Assembly (NCBI GenBank): GCA_965221125.1
Contig: CBDCRW010000005.1
Span: 160,001 to 224,000, forward strand
Length of the DNA: 64,000 nucleotides
From: Alphaproteobacteria bacterium
Lineage (GTDB): Bacteria > Pseudomonadota > Alphaproteobacteria > UBA828
Direction: 5' to 3'
Shown here: piece after piece, positions 8,821-17,968 of the stretch
Numbering within the stretch: position 1 is the stretch's first letter
Layout: the number at the start of each line of letters is the position of its first letter
Program-made: the position numbers and the translations under genes
The notes under the pieces: model-generated
The model's input: only the letters and a program-made list of their open reading frames with translations
Database searches by the model: none
What the model was told of the DNA's origin: nothing

Positions 8821-10242
8821 CTAGATCGCCGGCCGCTTGCCGTGCCAGGGTCGGGTCGCCGCCTCGAACGCCGCAGACGCGCGGAAGACGGTGCGGTCAT
8901 CGTAGGGTCGCCCCACGATCTGCAGGCCGATCGGCACGCCACTGGAGGAGAACCCGACCGGCACGCTCATCACCGGGCACTGGCTCACCTGGTTGAAGCC
9001 GTAGGTCGCGATCCAGCCGCCGTAGGCCGAAAGCGGCACCCCGTTGATCCTGAAATCCGGGTCCGCGTTGTCGTGGTCGGCCTTCACCGCCGGCACCGCC
9101 AGCGTCGGGCAGATCAGGATGTCGTGGGACTTGAGGATCGGCTGAAGCTGCTGCCACATCCGGCCGCGCACGCCGTAGCACTGGTAGAGGCGGGCGGCGC
9201 TGAGCCGCAGCCCGCGCTCCACCAGCCGCACGACGAAGGGGTCCATCTCGTACTGCCAGCGCGGCAGGTACTGGCCGACGAGGCCCGCGAAGATGCCCTC
9301 CCACCAGGTCACGCAGACGTCGAGGGCGCCGTAGTCCCAGCCGAGGTCGACCTCCTCCACCTCACAGCCGAGCTCACGGAAGAGCGCCGCCGCGCGCCGC
9401 GTGTGCTCCTCCACCTCCGGGTCGACCTGGAGGTAGCCGAGGTCCATGCTGAGCGCGACCTTGCAGCCGCGGATACCGTCGTAGGTGGCCGGCAGCCGGA
9501 CTCTCCCCGGCAGCGAGCGGTGATCCTCCGGGTGCGGGCCGGACATGACGTTCTGCATCAGCGCGGCATCGGCGACGCTGCGGACGATCGGCCCGTAGTG
9601 CAGGATGGTCTCGAACGGGTGGTCGCGGTCCAGCGGATTGCGGCCGAAGGGCGGCTTGTAGCCGAAGAGGCCGCAGGCCGATGCGGGGATGCGGATGGAG
9701 CCGCCGCCGTCGGTTCCGTCCGCCAGCGTCGTCATGCCGGCCGCCACCGCCGCGCCCGCGCCGCCGGAGGAGCCGCCGGGTGTGTAATCCAGGTTCCACG
9801 GGTTGCGCGTGACTCCCCAGAGCGGGCTGTGGGTCGCGCCGGAATGGGCGAACTCGGGCGTCGTGGTGCGCAGGTGCATGATGGCGCCCGCGCGCAGCAG
9901 CCGATCCACCGTCGGCGCCGTGTAGTCGGGGCGGAAGTCCTCGAAGATCTTCGAGCCAAGGGTGGTGATCTCGCCCTTGACCGCGTGGAAGTCCTTGATC
10001 GCCACCGGCACGCCTTCCAGCGCGCGAAGCCTGCCATCGGTCTTGCCGTACTTGGCCTCGGCCTTCTTCGCCTGTTCGCGCGCCCGGTCGAAGAAGTCGT
10101 AGGTGATGGCGTTGATCTTGGGGTTGACCGCCTGCGTGCGCGCGATCTGCGCGTCCAGAAGCTCGACCGGCGAGAGCGTCCGAGCCTTGAAGCGCTCCAG
10201 CGCCTCGCTCGCCGAGAGATAGCAAAGCTCCAGATCCGCCAT
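8821..10242 (-). CDS. Amidase signature family enzyme (paralog 2)
   Basis: AIKD, GGSSGG, TDGGGSIRIPAS (Lys-Ser-Ser triad motifs). Confidence 0.93.
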   Translation of the reverse strand: MADLELCYLSASEALERFKARTLSPVELLDAQIARTQAVNPKINAITYDFFDRAREQAKKAEAKYGKTDGRLRALEGVPVAIKDFHAVKGEITTLGSKIFEDFRPDYTAPTVDRLLRAGAIMHLRTTTPEFAHSGATHSPLWGVTRNPWNLDYTPGGSSGGAGAAVAAGMTTLADGTDGGGSIRIPASACGLFGYKPPFGRNPLDRDHPFETILHYGPIVRSVADAALMQNVMSGPHPEDHRSLPGRVRLPATYDGIRGCKVALSMDLGYLQVDPEVEEHTRRAAALFRELGCEVEEVDLGWDYGALDVCVTWWEGIFAGLVGQYLPRWQYEMDPFVVRLVERGLRLSAARLYQCYGVRGRMWQQLQPILKSHDILICPTLAVPAVKADHDNADPDFRINGVPLSAYGGWIATYGFNQVSQCPVMSVPVGFSSSGVPIGLQIVGRPYDDRTVFRASAAFEAATRPWHGKRPAI

Positions 10243-10260
10243 GGCCTTGCTACCCCGCCC

Positions 10261-11688
10261 CTAGATCGTGGGCCGCTTGCTCTGCCAGGGCCGGGTCGCG
10301 CCCTCGAAGGCGGCGGCGGCGCGGAACACGCTGAGATCGTCGTAGGGCCGGCCCACGATCTGCATGCCAGTCGGCACGCCGTATGAGGAGAAGCCCGTCG
10401 GCACGCTCATCGCCGGGCACTGGCTCAGCAGGTTGAAGGGGTTGGTGCAAATCCAGCCGACGTAGGCGGGGAGCCGGACGCCGTTGATCTCGAAATCGGG
10501 GTCCGCGTCGTCGTGGTCGGCCTTGACCGCCGGCACCGCCAGCGTCGGGCAGATCAGGATGTCGTGGGACTTGAGGATCGGCTGGAGCTGCTGCCACATC
10601 CAGCCGCGGAACACCTGGCACTGGTAGAGCCGGGCGGCGCTGTGGCCGAGGCCGGTCTCCAGCAGCCTGACGACGAAGGGGTCCATCTCGTAGCGCCAGC
10701 GGGGCAGCAGGTCGCCGGCGACGGCGGCGAAGAGGCCCTCCCACCAGGTCATCCAGCAGTCGAGGACGCCGAAGTTCCAGCCGACGTCGACCTCTTCCAC
10801 CTCGCAGCCGAGGTCGCGCAGCGTGTCCGCCGCGCGCCGCGTGTTCTCCTGCACCTCGGGGTCGATCTGGAAGTAGCCGAGGTCCATGGAGAAGGCGACC
10901 TTCCAGCCCCGGATGTCGTCGTAGGTTGCGGGCAGGCGCACCTTGTTCGGCAGCGTGCAGATGTCGTCCGGATGGGGGCCCGACATCACGTTCTGCATCA
11001 GCGCGGCGTCGGCCACGCTGCGGACCATGGGGCCGTAGTGCAGGATCGTCTCCAGCGGATGGTCGCGGTCCAGCGGATTGCGGCCGAACGGCGGCTTGTA
11101 GCCGAAGATGCCGCAGGCCGACGCGGGGATGCGGATCGAGCCGCCGCCATCCGTCCCGTCGGCGAGCGTGGTCATGCCGCCCGCCACCGCCGCCCCTGCG
11201 CCGCCGGACGAGCCGCCGGAGGTGTACTCCAGGTTCCACGGGTTGGGCGTGATCCCCCAGAGCGGGCTGTGGGTGGCACCCGAGTAGGCGAACTCCGGCG
11301 AGGTGGTACGCATGTGCATGATGGCGCCGGCGCGGAGCAGCCGGTCCACAGTCGCGGCCGTGTAGTCGGGCCGGAAATCCTCGAAGATCTTGGAGCCGAA
11401 GGTGGTGATCTCGCCCTTGACGGGATGAAAATCCTTGATCGCCACCGTCACGCCTTCGAGCGCGCGGAGCCTGCCGTCGGTCTTGCCGTACTTGGCCTCG
11501 GCCTTCTTCGCCTGCTCGCGCGCGCGGTCGAAGAAGTCGTAGGTGATGGCGTTGACCTTGGGGTTGATCGCCTGCGTGCGCGCGATCTGCGCGTCCAGAA
11601 GCTCGACCGGCGAGAGCGTGCGCGCCTTGAACCGCGCGAGCGCCTCGCTCGCCGTCAGATAGCAGAGTTCCAGATCAGCCGTTGCCAT
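10261..11688 (-). CDS. Amidase signature family enzyme (paralog 1)
   Basis: Same triad motifs; highly similar to the downstream gene. Confidence 0.93.
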   Translation of the reverse strand: MATADLELCYLTASEALARFKARTLSPVELLDAQIARTQAINPKVNAITYDFFDRAREQAKKAEAKYGKTDGRLRALEGVTVAIKDFHPVKGEITTFGSKIFEDFRPDYTAATVDRLLRAGAIMHMRTTSPEFAYSGATHSPLWGITPNPWNLEYTSGGSSGGAGAAVAGGMTTLADGTDGGGSIRIPASACGIFGYKPPFGRNPLDRDHPLETILHYGPMVRSVADAALMQNVMSGPHPDDICTLPNKVRLPATYDDIRGWKVAFSMDLGYFQIDPEVQENTRRAADTLRDLGCEVEEVDVGWNFGVLDCWMTWWEGLFAAVAGDLLPRWRYEMDPFVVRLLETGLGHSAARLYQCQVFRGWMWQQLQPILKSHDILICPTLAVPAVKADHDDADPDFEINGVRLPAYVGWICTNPFNLLSQCPAMSVPTGFSSYGVPTGMQIVGRPYDDLSVFRAAAAFEGATRPWQSKRPTI

Positions 11689-11707
11689 GACCTGCCTCCC
11701 CTTGGGC

Positions 11708-11857
11708 TGGAGCGTATCCGTTTTGCACGGAAACGCTCCAGCCATTTGTCGCTCACGGCAGCTGGCCTGCGGCCAGCGCCTCCGCGAGGGCGCCGCATAC
11801 GCGGCGGGCCGCTGTCGCGGCCTATCGCGCGTCCTCCAAAGTCGGACGCGCGATAGC
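11708..11857. repeat. Multi-hairpin dispersed element family B, copy 2
   Basis: TGGAGCG...CGCTCCA hairpin followed by TGTCGCTCACGGCAGCTGGCC...CGCCTCCGCGAGGGCGCCGCATACGCGG... Confidence 0.85.
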
Positions 11858-11888
11858 CACCCACACCCGGAAGCGACGACGCGCGCCC

Positions 11889-12989
11889 TCAGCCGAGATG
11901 CACGACCTCGCGCCGCTTGATGCTCTCGTCGGCCGCGATGACGATGCGCAGGCTGTTGACCGCGCTCTCCATGTGCTCGGAGAGGTCGAGGTCCTCGCGG
12001 ATCGCCTTGAGCAGGAACGCCTGCTCGCGGTCGCACAGCTCCTGATGGGTCGGCTCGTCGGCCATGTCGACCCATTCGTCCTCGTGCACGAAGTTGTTGG
12101 CCTCGTCGATCTCGCTCGAATGGCAGAGCAGCGCGTTGGTCTTGGTGTGCGAGTCGATGTCGTCGGAGGCGGCGTGCTCCTGCCCCTCCTGCGGCATGAC
12201 GATGCTGACGCAGCCCTTCGGCCCGACCACGTCCTTCACGAAGAACGCGACCTCGCTCATCATCGGGCCCCAGCCAGCCTCGTACCAGCCGACCGAGCCG
12301 TCATCGAACTCGACGTGGAGGTGGCCGTAGTTCTGCACCTTGGTCTGGTCGGTGAGCTGCGCGCCCATGCCGTGCACGCGCACCGGCTTCGCGCCCGTCA
12401 TCTGGCACATGACGTCGACGTAGTGCACCCCGCAATCGACGAGCGGCGTGAGCGATTCCATCAGGTTGCGGTGCCAGTTCCAGGCGGGGCCCCGGCTCTG
12501 CTGGTTGAGGTTCATGCGCATGACCAGCGGCTTGCCGAGCGTGCGGGCGCGGTTGATGAACTCCTGCCACGCCGGGTGAACGCGCAGGATGTAGCCGATG
12601 ACCAGCTTCTTGCCGGCAGCCCGCGCCTTGTCCACCACGGCCTGCGCGCCGTCCACGGTAGTGGCCAGCGGCTTCTCGACAAAGACGTGGCAGCCGGCGT
12701 CGAACGCCTTGAGGCAAAGCTCCTCATGCGTGTTCGGGTAGGTGTTGATCGAGACCGCATCGGGGCGTGACTCGGCGAGCGCCTCGTCGACGTCTTCGTA
12801 GCGCGGCAGCGACGCGAGTGCGGCGGGCAGGTCGTTCCGCCCGCGAATGGACCGGCTGCACAGCCCGACAAGCTCGAAGCCCTCGATCTTGTCGTACGCG
12901 AGCGCGTGGCTCAGCCCCATGTTGCCGACGCCCACCACGAGCACCCTGATCGCTCCGTTCTGCATGACCGCCTCCCGTTGTCTCGCCAT
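11889..12989 (-). CDS. Gfo/Idh/MocA-family oxidoreductase
   Basis: VVGVGNMG, HVFVEKPLA, DCGVHYVD; start could be 12966. Confidence 0.9.
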   Translation of the reverse strand: MARQREAVMQNGAIRVLVVGVGNMGLSHALAYDKIEGFELVGLCSRSIRGRNDLPAALASLPRYEDVDEALAESRPDAVSINTYPNTHEELCLKAFDAGCHVFVEKPLATTVDGAQAVVDKARAAGKKLVIGYILRVHPAWQEFINRARTLGKPLVMRMNLNQQSRGPAWNWHRNLMESLTPLVDCGVHYVDVMCQMTGAKPVRVHGMGAQLTDQTKVQNYGHLHVEFDDGSVGWYEAGWGPMMSEVAFFVKDVVGPKGCVSIVMPQEGQEHAASDDIDSHTKTNALLCHSSEIDEANNFVHEDEWVDMADEPTHQELCDREQAFLLKAIREDLDLSEHMESAVNSLRIVIAADESIKRREVVHLG

Positions 12990-13097
12990 CCGCCAAGCAG
13001 TGCGCCCCGCCGGGCGGTGCGCGATTTCCGCCTCTGGTTCTTCTTGCCGTTCATTGTGCCGCCCTCAGCGGACCCGATCAAACGGCGGCAAGGCGGA

Positions 13098-13532
13098 TCA
13101 GGCGCCGAGTGGCGTCGCGACGGTGCCCTCGATCTCGATCAGCATGCCGGGATGCGCGAGCTCGGTCACGCCGACCAGCGTGCGGGGCGGCGGGTTCGCG
13201 GGGTCGAAATGACGCGCGGAAATCTCGTTCACCACGTTCTGCCCGGACATGTCGGTGAGATAGATGTTGAGCTTCACGATCTGCGAAAAATCCGCTCGTG
13301 CCGCGTCCAGGATGATGCCGATGTTGGCGAAGGTCTTTTCGGTCTGCTCGCGGATGCCGCCTGCCAGCCACTCGGCCTCCGCCACCGGGTCGTGCGGGTG
13401 TGCGTGGTAGATGGGGATCGGCCCGCAGCCCGAGAACATGAGCAGCCGGGCGTCCTCGACCGCGAAGGCCGCGCTGAAGGGGCTGCGGTACTCGGGCCTG
13501 AGCGGAACGTGGTGGATCGGCGTGATCGGCAT
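13098..13532 (-). CDS. RidA/YjgF family protein
   Basis: IVKLNIYLTDM, PPPRTLVGVTEL, LIEIEG; conserved Arg retained. Confidence 0.85.
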   Translation of the reverse strand: MPITPIHHVPLRPEYRSPFSAAFAVEDARLLMFSGCGPIPIYHAHPHDPVAEAEWLAGGIREQTEKTFANIGIILDAARADFSQIVKLNIYLTDMSGQNVVNEISARHFDPANPPPRTLVGVTELAHPGMLIEIEGTVATPLGA

Positions 13533-13663
13533 GGCGGCATCCCGTGGTCGGCAAGGGGGCGGCATGCTATCCCATCGTCCACAGGTCCGGAACGGCGCAC
13601 GCGGATGCGGACGGGGCGGCCAGGGGAAGGGAGGCAAGAACGATTTCCGACCTCACGAGATTA

Positions 13664-13870
13664 CTGCGGCCCGAGCGTTCCCACCTCCCCCTGTCCCCCT
13701 CCCCCCAATGGGCGGAGGGGGGACGCTGACGCCGATGGCGGAGTCTCCCTCTCCTCCCCGCCGGGGAGGAGAGGGCCGGGGAGAGGTGGGGGTTTTCGGG
13801 CCACACCGCATGCAACAACGGGACTGTGCGGCAACCAGGTGCGATTCCGTCCGGTCGGATTGTGCTCTAG
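13664..13870 (-). repeat. Composite REP/MITE-like element family A, copy 2 (inverted)
   Basis: Reverse complement reads TAGAGCACAATCCGACCGG...GGTTGCCGCAC...CCCCCACCTCTCCCCGGCCCTCTCC...GGGGGAGGTGGGAACGCTCGGGCCGCAG, matching copy 1. Confidence 0.85.
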
Positions 13871-13882
13871 TGGCCGAGGTCC

Positions 13883-13917
13883 GAAATAAACTGGGGCGGC
13901 CACGAGGACCGCCCCAG
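13883..13917 (-). terminator. Rho-independent terminator
   Basis: Minus strand CTGGGGCGG-loop-CCGCCCCAG followed by TTTATTT. Confidence 0.7.
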
Positions 13918-13982
13918 CAGGAGGATCGACCAGTCGTTCGGGGGACAGCGGGAGGGACGAAGCGCTTCACCGTCACCCGAAT
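13883..13982 (-). ncRNA. Candidate trans-acting sRNA with anti-SD motifs
   Basis: About 100 nt without a credible ORF; stem-loop exposing UCCCUCC, linker CCUCCU and its own terminator; divergent from cdsA. Confidence 0.45.
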
Positions 13983-14000
13983 TCTTATCTAGCGGTTGAT

Positions 14001-14018
14001 TGTGGCATTGATGTGGCA
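14001..14018. promoter_or_regulatory. 11-bp-spaced direct repeat (OmpR/PhoB-type response regulator site candidate)
   Basis: TGTGGCA-ttga-TGTGGCA between cdsA and the candidate sRNA. Confidence 0.4.
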
Positions 14019-14027
14019 AATTCGGAC

Positions 14028-14882
14028 ATGACCGGCGGGCGGGCGGACAGCGGCGGAGGCAGCCTCGGCAGGCGCGTGGCCTCGGCGGCCGTGCTTGCGC
14101 CCGCCGCGCTCGCCGCAGCCTATCTCGGCGGGCCCGTCTTCATCGCCGCCGTGGGCGGGGTGGGGCTCCTGGCCTGGCTCGAGCTGCGGCGGCTGCTCGG
14201 CAGGCCGGGCGTGGATGCGGCGGGCGTCGCCGGCGTCGCGGGTCTGACTGCGGTCTGCGTGCTCTTCGCCGTGATGGGCACAGTGGCGGCCGCCGTCGCC
14301 GCAGCCGCCGGGGCGCTCGTCGTCGCGGGCGCGGAGCGGGGCCGGCTCGGGCAGCGCGCGGCGGGGCTGGCGGGGGCGGCCGTCGTGCTCTTCCTCGTCG
14401 TGGCCACGCTCGCGCTCCGGGGCGACGATGCAACAGGCCGGGCCACGATCTTCTGGCTCTTCGCCGTGGTCTGGGCGAGCGACACCGGCGCCTACGTCGC
14501 CGGGCGCGCGCTGGGCGGCCCCCGCCTCGCGCCGCGCATCAGCCCGGCCAAGACCTGGGCCGGCGCGCTCGGCGGCGTGGCGGCCGGGGTGGGTGCCGGC
14601 ATCCTGCTCGGCTGGTTGATGCCGCTCGCCGGCTGGGTGGCGGAGCGGCCTGCGCTCGCCCTGCTGGCGGCTGCGGGCGCGCTCGGCTCGATGGCGGGGC
14701 AGATGGGCGACCTCGCCGAATCCGCGCTCAAGCGGCGGGCCGGCGCGGATGATTCGGGGAGCCTGATTCCCGGCCACGGCGGCATTCTGGACCGCGTCGA
14801 CGCCTATGCCGCGGCTGCGTTCGCGCTGATCCTGGCGACCGTTGTCAGCGGGGGCGCGCCGCCCTGGTCCTATTCACCCTGA
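14028..14882 (+). CDS. cdsA: Phosphatidate cytidylyltransferase
   Basis: VWASDTGAY, ISPAKTWAG, GDLAESALKR, LIPGHGGILDRVD. Confidence 0.92.
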   Translation: MTGGRADSGGGSLGRRVASAAVLAPAALAAAYLGGPVFIAAVGGVGLLAWLELRRLLGRPGVDAAGVAGVAGLTAVCVLFAVMGTVAAAVAAAAGALVVAGAERGRLGQRAAGLAGAAVVLFLVVATLALRGDDATGRATIFWLFAVVWASDTGAYVAGRALGGPRLAPRISPAKTWAGALGGVAAGVGAGILLGWLMPLAGWVAERPALALLAAAGALGSMAGQMGDLAESALKRRAGADDSGSLIPGHGGILDRVDAYAAAAFALILATVVSGGAPPWSYSP

Positions 14883-16513
14883 CCGCGCAGCCGCGCCCCC
14901 CAGTGGTGCCAGACGCCGATGGCGAACGTGACCGCCGTGGCGAGCAGCAGGAGGATGGCGAGGGTCCACCCGCCCAGGCGGGCCATGGGCGTCCGTGATT
15001 CGAGCGCCGGCGGCAGCGCTGCGTCGAGCACGCCGGCCTCTCCCAGACCGAGTTCGCCCACGATGCGGCCGTAGGAGTCGACGACGGCCGAGATGCCGGT
15101 GTTCGCCGCCCGCACGAGGGGCATGCCCTCCTCGATCGTGCGCAGACGGGCCGCCTGGAAATGGTGATAGGGCCCGGCGGTCCGCCCGAACCAGGCGTCG
15201 TTGGTGAGGTTGAGCAGCCACTGCGGCCGCTCGCCCGCCGTCTCGTGGTCGGCCACGACCTCGCCGGGAAAGACCGCCTCGTAGCAGATCAGTGGGCTGA
15301 AGGGCGGCACGCCAGGCACGCGCAGGGTGCGCGGGCCGGGCCCGGAAGACGTGTCGGCCGCACCGAAGGTCAGCGCCCTCAGGTTGACGATCGAGCGCAG
15401 CGGCATGTACTCCCCGAACGGCACCAGGTGGTGCTTGTCGTAGCTGGCGACGACGCTGCCCCCCAGCTCGAGCGCATGGAGGCTGTTCCAGTAGGCGACG
15501 GTGCGCCCCGCCGAACGCGTGCGCCGCAGCGCGCCGGTGATCACGTGGCCGCCGGGCGGAGCCGCCCGCGAGACGAAGTCCATGAGCGTCCTGCTCTCGT
15601 CCAGGAAGAACGTCGCCGCCGCCTCCGGCCAGATGACGATGTCCGCCTCGTCGAAGCCGGGCTCGTGCGACAGGATGACGTGCTGCGCGAGCGCCGCCTC
15701 GCGGGCGCCGTCCTTCCACTTCTCGGCCTGGTCGATGTTGGCCTGCACCACCCGCAGGTTCACGCCCGTGGGCGCGAGATCGGGCGCGAGCACAAGACGC
15801 GCCTGCCCGCCGACCCAGATCGCCGCCAGGAGAGCGAAGGCGGCGGCAGGCACCAGCCAGGGCCGGCGGCCGGGCGTTTCGCCCGAGGGCGTGTCCCCTG
15901 TGCGCGGCGCGGCCAGCGACGCGGGCGACGCCGCAGCGAGCACGGTCACGAAGCTGAGCCCGTAGACCCCGAACCACGCCGTGGACTGGATCATGCCGAG
16001 GGACGGCATCCAGGCCGTGCCCACCAGGTTCATGGGAAAGCCGCTCAGGATGTTGCCGCGCAGCCATTCCACGGCGGTCCAGGCGACGGCGAAGGCGATT
16101 ACGCGGCCCCCGAGCGGCAACCTGTTCAGCCGCACCGCGAAGGCCGCCAGCGCCGGGAAGAGCGCGAAGAAGGCAGAGAGGCCGAGCACCGCCGGCACCA
16201 TCAGCCAGCCGAAGCGCGAGGGATCGGTCATGAACGCGGCGCCGATCCAGTAGATGCCGACGAGAAAGTGGCCGAAGCCGAACCACCAGCCCGCGAGCGC
16301 CGCGCGCCACGGCGAGCGGCTGGCGTGGATCAGCCAGACGAGGCCGGTGAACGAGACCAGCAGCAGCGGCAGCGCGTGCCCCGGCGGCAGCGCCACAGCC
16401 GCGACGGCGCCGAGCGCGCACGCCAGTGCGGAACGGCGCCAGCCGGTCGCAGCGCCGACCGTCAGCGCGAGCGCCGCGAGCCGCCGAGCGGCGGGCCGCC
16501 CGGACTCGGTCAC
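14870..16513 (-). CDS. lnt: Apolipoprotein N-acyltransferase
   Basis: Membrane N-terminus; VIWPE, YDKHHLVPFGEY, ICYEAVF, TNDAWFG, RAANTGIS. Confidence 0.95.
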   Translation of the reverse strand: MTESGRPAARRLAALALTVGAATGWRRSALACALGAVAAVALPPGHALPLLLVSFTGLVWLIHASRSPWRAALAGWWFGFGHFLVGIYWIGAAFMTDPSRFGWLMVPAVLGLSAFFALFPALAAFAVRLNRLPLGGRVIAFAVAWTAVEWLRGNILSGFPMNLVGTAWMPSLGMIQSTAWFGVYGLSFVTVLAAASPASLAAPRTGDTPSGETPGRRPWLVPAAAFALLAAIWVGGQARLVLAPDLAPTGVNLRVVQANIDQAEKWKDGAREAALAQHVILSHEPGFDEADIVIWPEAAATFFLDESRTLMDFVSRAAPPGGHVITGALRRTRSAGRTVAYWNSLHALELGGSVVASYDKHHLVPFGEYMPLRSIVNLRALTFGAADTSSGPGPRTLRVPGVPPFSPLICYEAVFPGEVVADHETAGERPQWLLNLTNDAWFGRTAGPYHHFQAARLRTIEEGMPLVRAANTGISAVVDSYGRIVGELGLGEAGVLDAALPPALESRTPMARLGGWTLAILLLLATAVTFAIGVWHHWGARLRGQGE

Positions 16514-17436
16514 AGGTGACCGTGTGCGGAGTGCGTTTCGGTGCGGCTGACCCGCAGCCTCTTGATGCGCCGCGGGTCGGCCTCGAGCACGTCAAAGGTG
16601 AGGCCGGCCGGGTGGCGGATGCGCTCGCCCGCGCGCGGCACCCGCTCGGCGAGCGTGAACACGAGGCCGCCGAGGGTATCGACCGCATCCTCCTCGTCGC
16701 CGTCGAGCAGGCGCAGCGCCAGGCGGCGCTCCAGCTCGTCCACGCGCACGCGCGCGTCTGCCTCCATCGCGCCGTCGTCGAGATGGATCAGGGCGGGGGC
16801 CTCGATCTCGTCGTGCTCGTCCTCGATCTCGCCGACGATCTCCTCGACCACGTCCTCGATGGTGACCAGGCCGTGGGTGCCGCCGTATTCGTCGACGATC
16901 ACCGCCATGTGCAGGCGGGTCTCGCGCATCTCCTTCAGCAGCGCGGGGATCGGCATGGATTCGGGCACGAACAGGATGTCGCGCCGGATCGCCTCCAGGT
17001 CGAAGGGGCCGTCCCCGCCCCAGTGGCCCATGACGTCGCGGATGTGGATCATGCCGACGATGTCGTCGAGATTGCCGCGGTAGAGCGGCATGCGCGAGTG
17101 CCCCTTCTCCTTGATCGTGGCGACGACCTCGTCGAGCGGCGCGGAGACCTCGACCGCCGTGATGTCGTTGCGGGGCACCATCGCGTCTTCGGCGGTCAGC
17201 CCGCCGAAGCGGAGAAGGTTGAGCAGCAGGTCGCGCTCGTCGGGGCTGATCTGCTCCGCGATCTCTTCTTCTTCGAGGATCTCGCCGAGGGAGTCGCGCC
17301 ACGACCCGCCGTTGCCGCGGCCGAGCCCCTTGCGCAGCCAGTTGCCGACGAGGCCCACGACCGAGGCGCGGACCCGCCCGCCCCGGTCGCCGCTCGAACT
17401 GTCGTCGCTAGATGGAGGTTTGTCGTCGTCGCTCAT
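16510..17436 (-). CDS. corC: HlyC/CorC family CBS-domain protein
   Basis: GHSRMPLY, HMAVIVDEYGGTHGLVTIEDVVEEIVGEIEDE, DTLGGLV. Confidence 0.9.
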   Translation of the reverse strand: MSDDDKPPSSDDSSSGDRGGRVRASVVGLVGNWLRKGLGRGNGGSWRDSLGEILEEEEIAEQISPDERDLLLNLLRFGGLTAEDAMVPRNDITAVEVSAPLDEVVATIKEKGHSRMPLYRGNLDDIVGMIHIRDVMGHWGGDGPFDLEAIRRDILFVPESMPIPALLKEMRETRLHMAVIVDEYGGTHGLVTIEDVVEEIVGEIEDEHDEIEAPALIHLDDGAMEADARVRVDELERRLALRLLDGDEEDAVDTLGGLVFTLAERVPRAGERIRHPAGLTFDVLEADPRRIKRLRVSRTETHSAHGHL

Positions 17437-17479
17437 CGTTCCGCCGGCGCGGCCGCCTGCCGCGGGGCATGCCGGACCG

Positions 17480-17968
17480 TCACAGGTTAACGTAGGGATC
17501 GCATAAGCCAAGTGCCAATAGCGATTCGCTCTCGAGCGCGCGCATGCGCCGCTCCGCCGCCGGCTCGTCATGGTCGTGGCCCAGCAGATGGAAGACGCCG
17601 TGGACCACCAGGTGGCTCACCCGGTCGGCGAGCGCCACACCGGCGGACGCGCTGTCGCGCTCCACGGTCTCGCGGGCGAGCACGACGTCGCCCAGCATCA
17701 GCGGCTGCGCCGTCGGCCGCGGCTCCAGGCCGGGCTGCTCGTGGATCGGGAAGGAGAGCACGTCGGTCGCGCGGTCCTCGCCCCGGTAGGTGCGGTTCAG
17801 CGTGCGCACGAAGCAATCGTCGGCCAGCACGACGCCGAGCTCGACCGCCTCCGGCATCGCGCCTGCGGCCTCCAGCGCTGCGACGGCGGCGCGGCGGGCC
17901 ACAGCAGCGGCGTCAGGAAGAGCGGTCGACCACGCCGAATCGCGGAGGCTGATCTCGATCTCGGTCAT
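17480..17968 (-). CDS. ybeY: rRNA maturation endoribonuclease
   Basis: LNRTYRGEDRATDVLSFP, HLVVHGVFHLLGHDH. Confidence 0.93.
   Translation of the reverse strand: MTEIEISLRDSAWSTALPDAAAVARRAAVAALEAAGAMPEAVELGVVLADDCFVRTLNRTYRGEDRATDVLSFPIHEQPGLEPRPTAQPLMLGDVVLARETVERDSASAGVALADRVSHLVVHGVFHLLGHDHDEPAAERRMRALESESLLALGLCDPYVNL

Noticed and set aside
17913-17968. 56-bp phoH/ybeY overlap as a programmed frameshift or fusion
   Set aside because: No slippery site is visible; a non-conserved C-terminal extension of PhoH explains it
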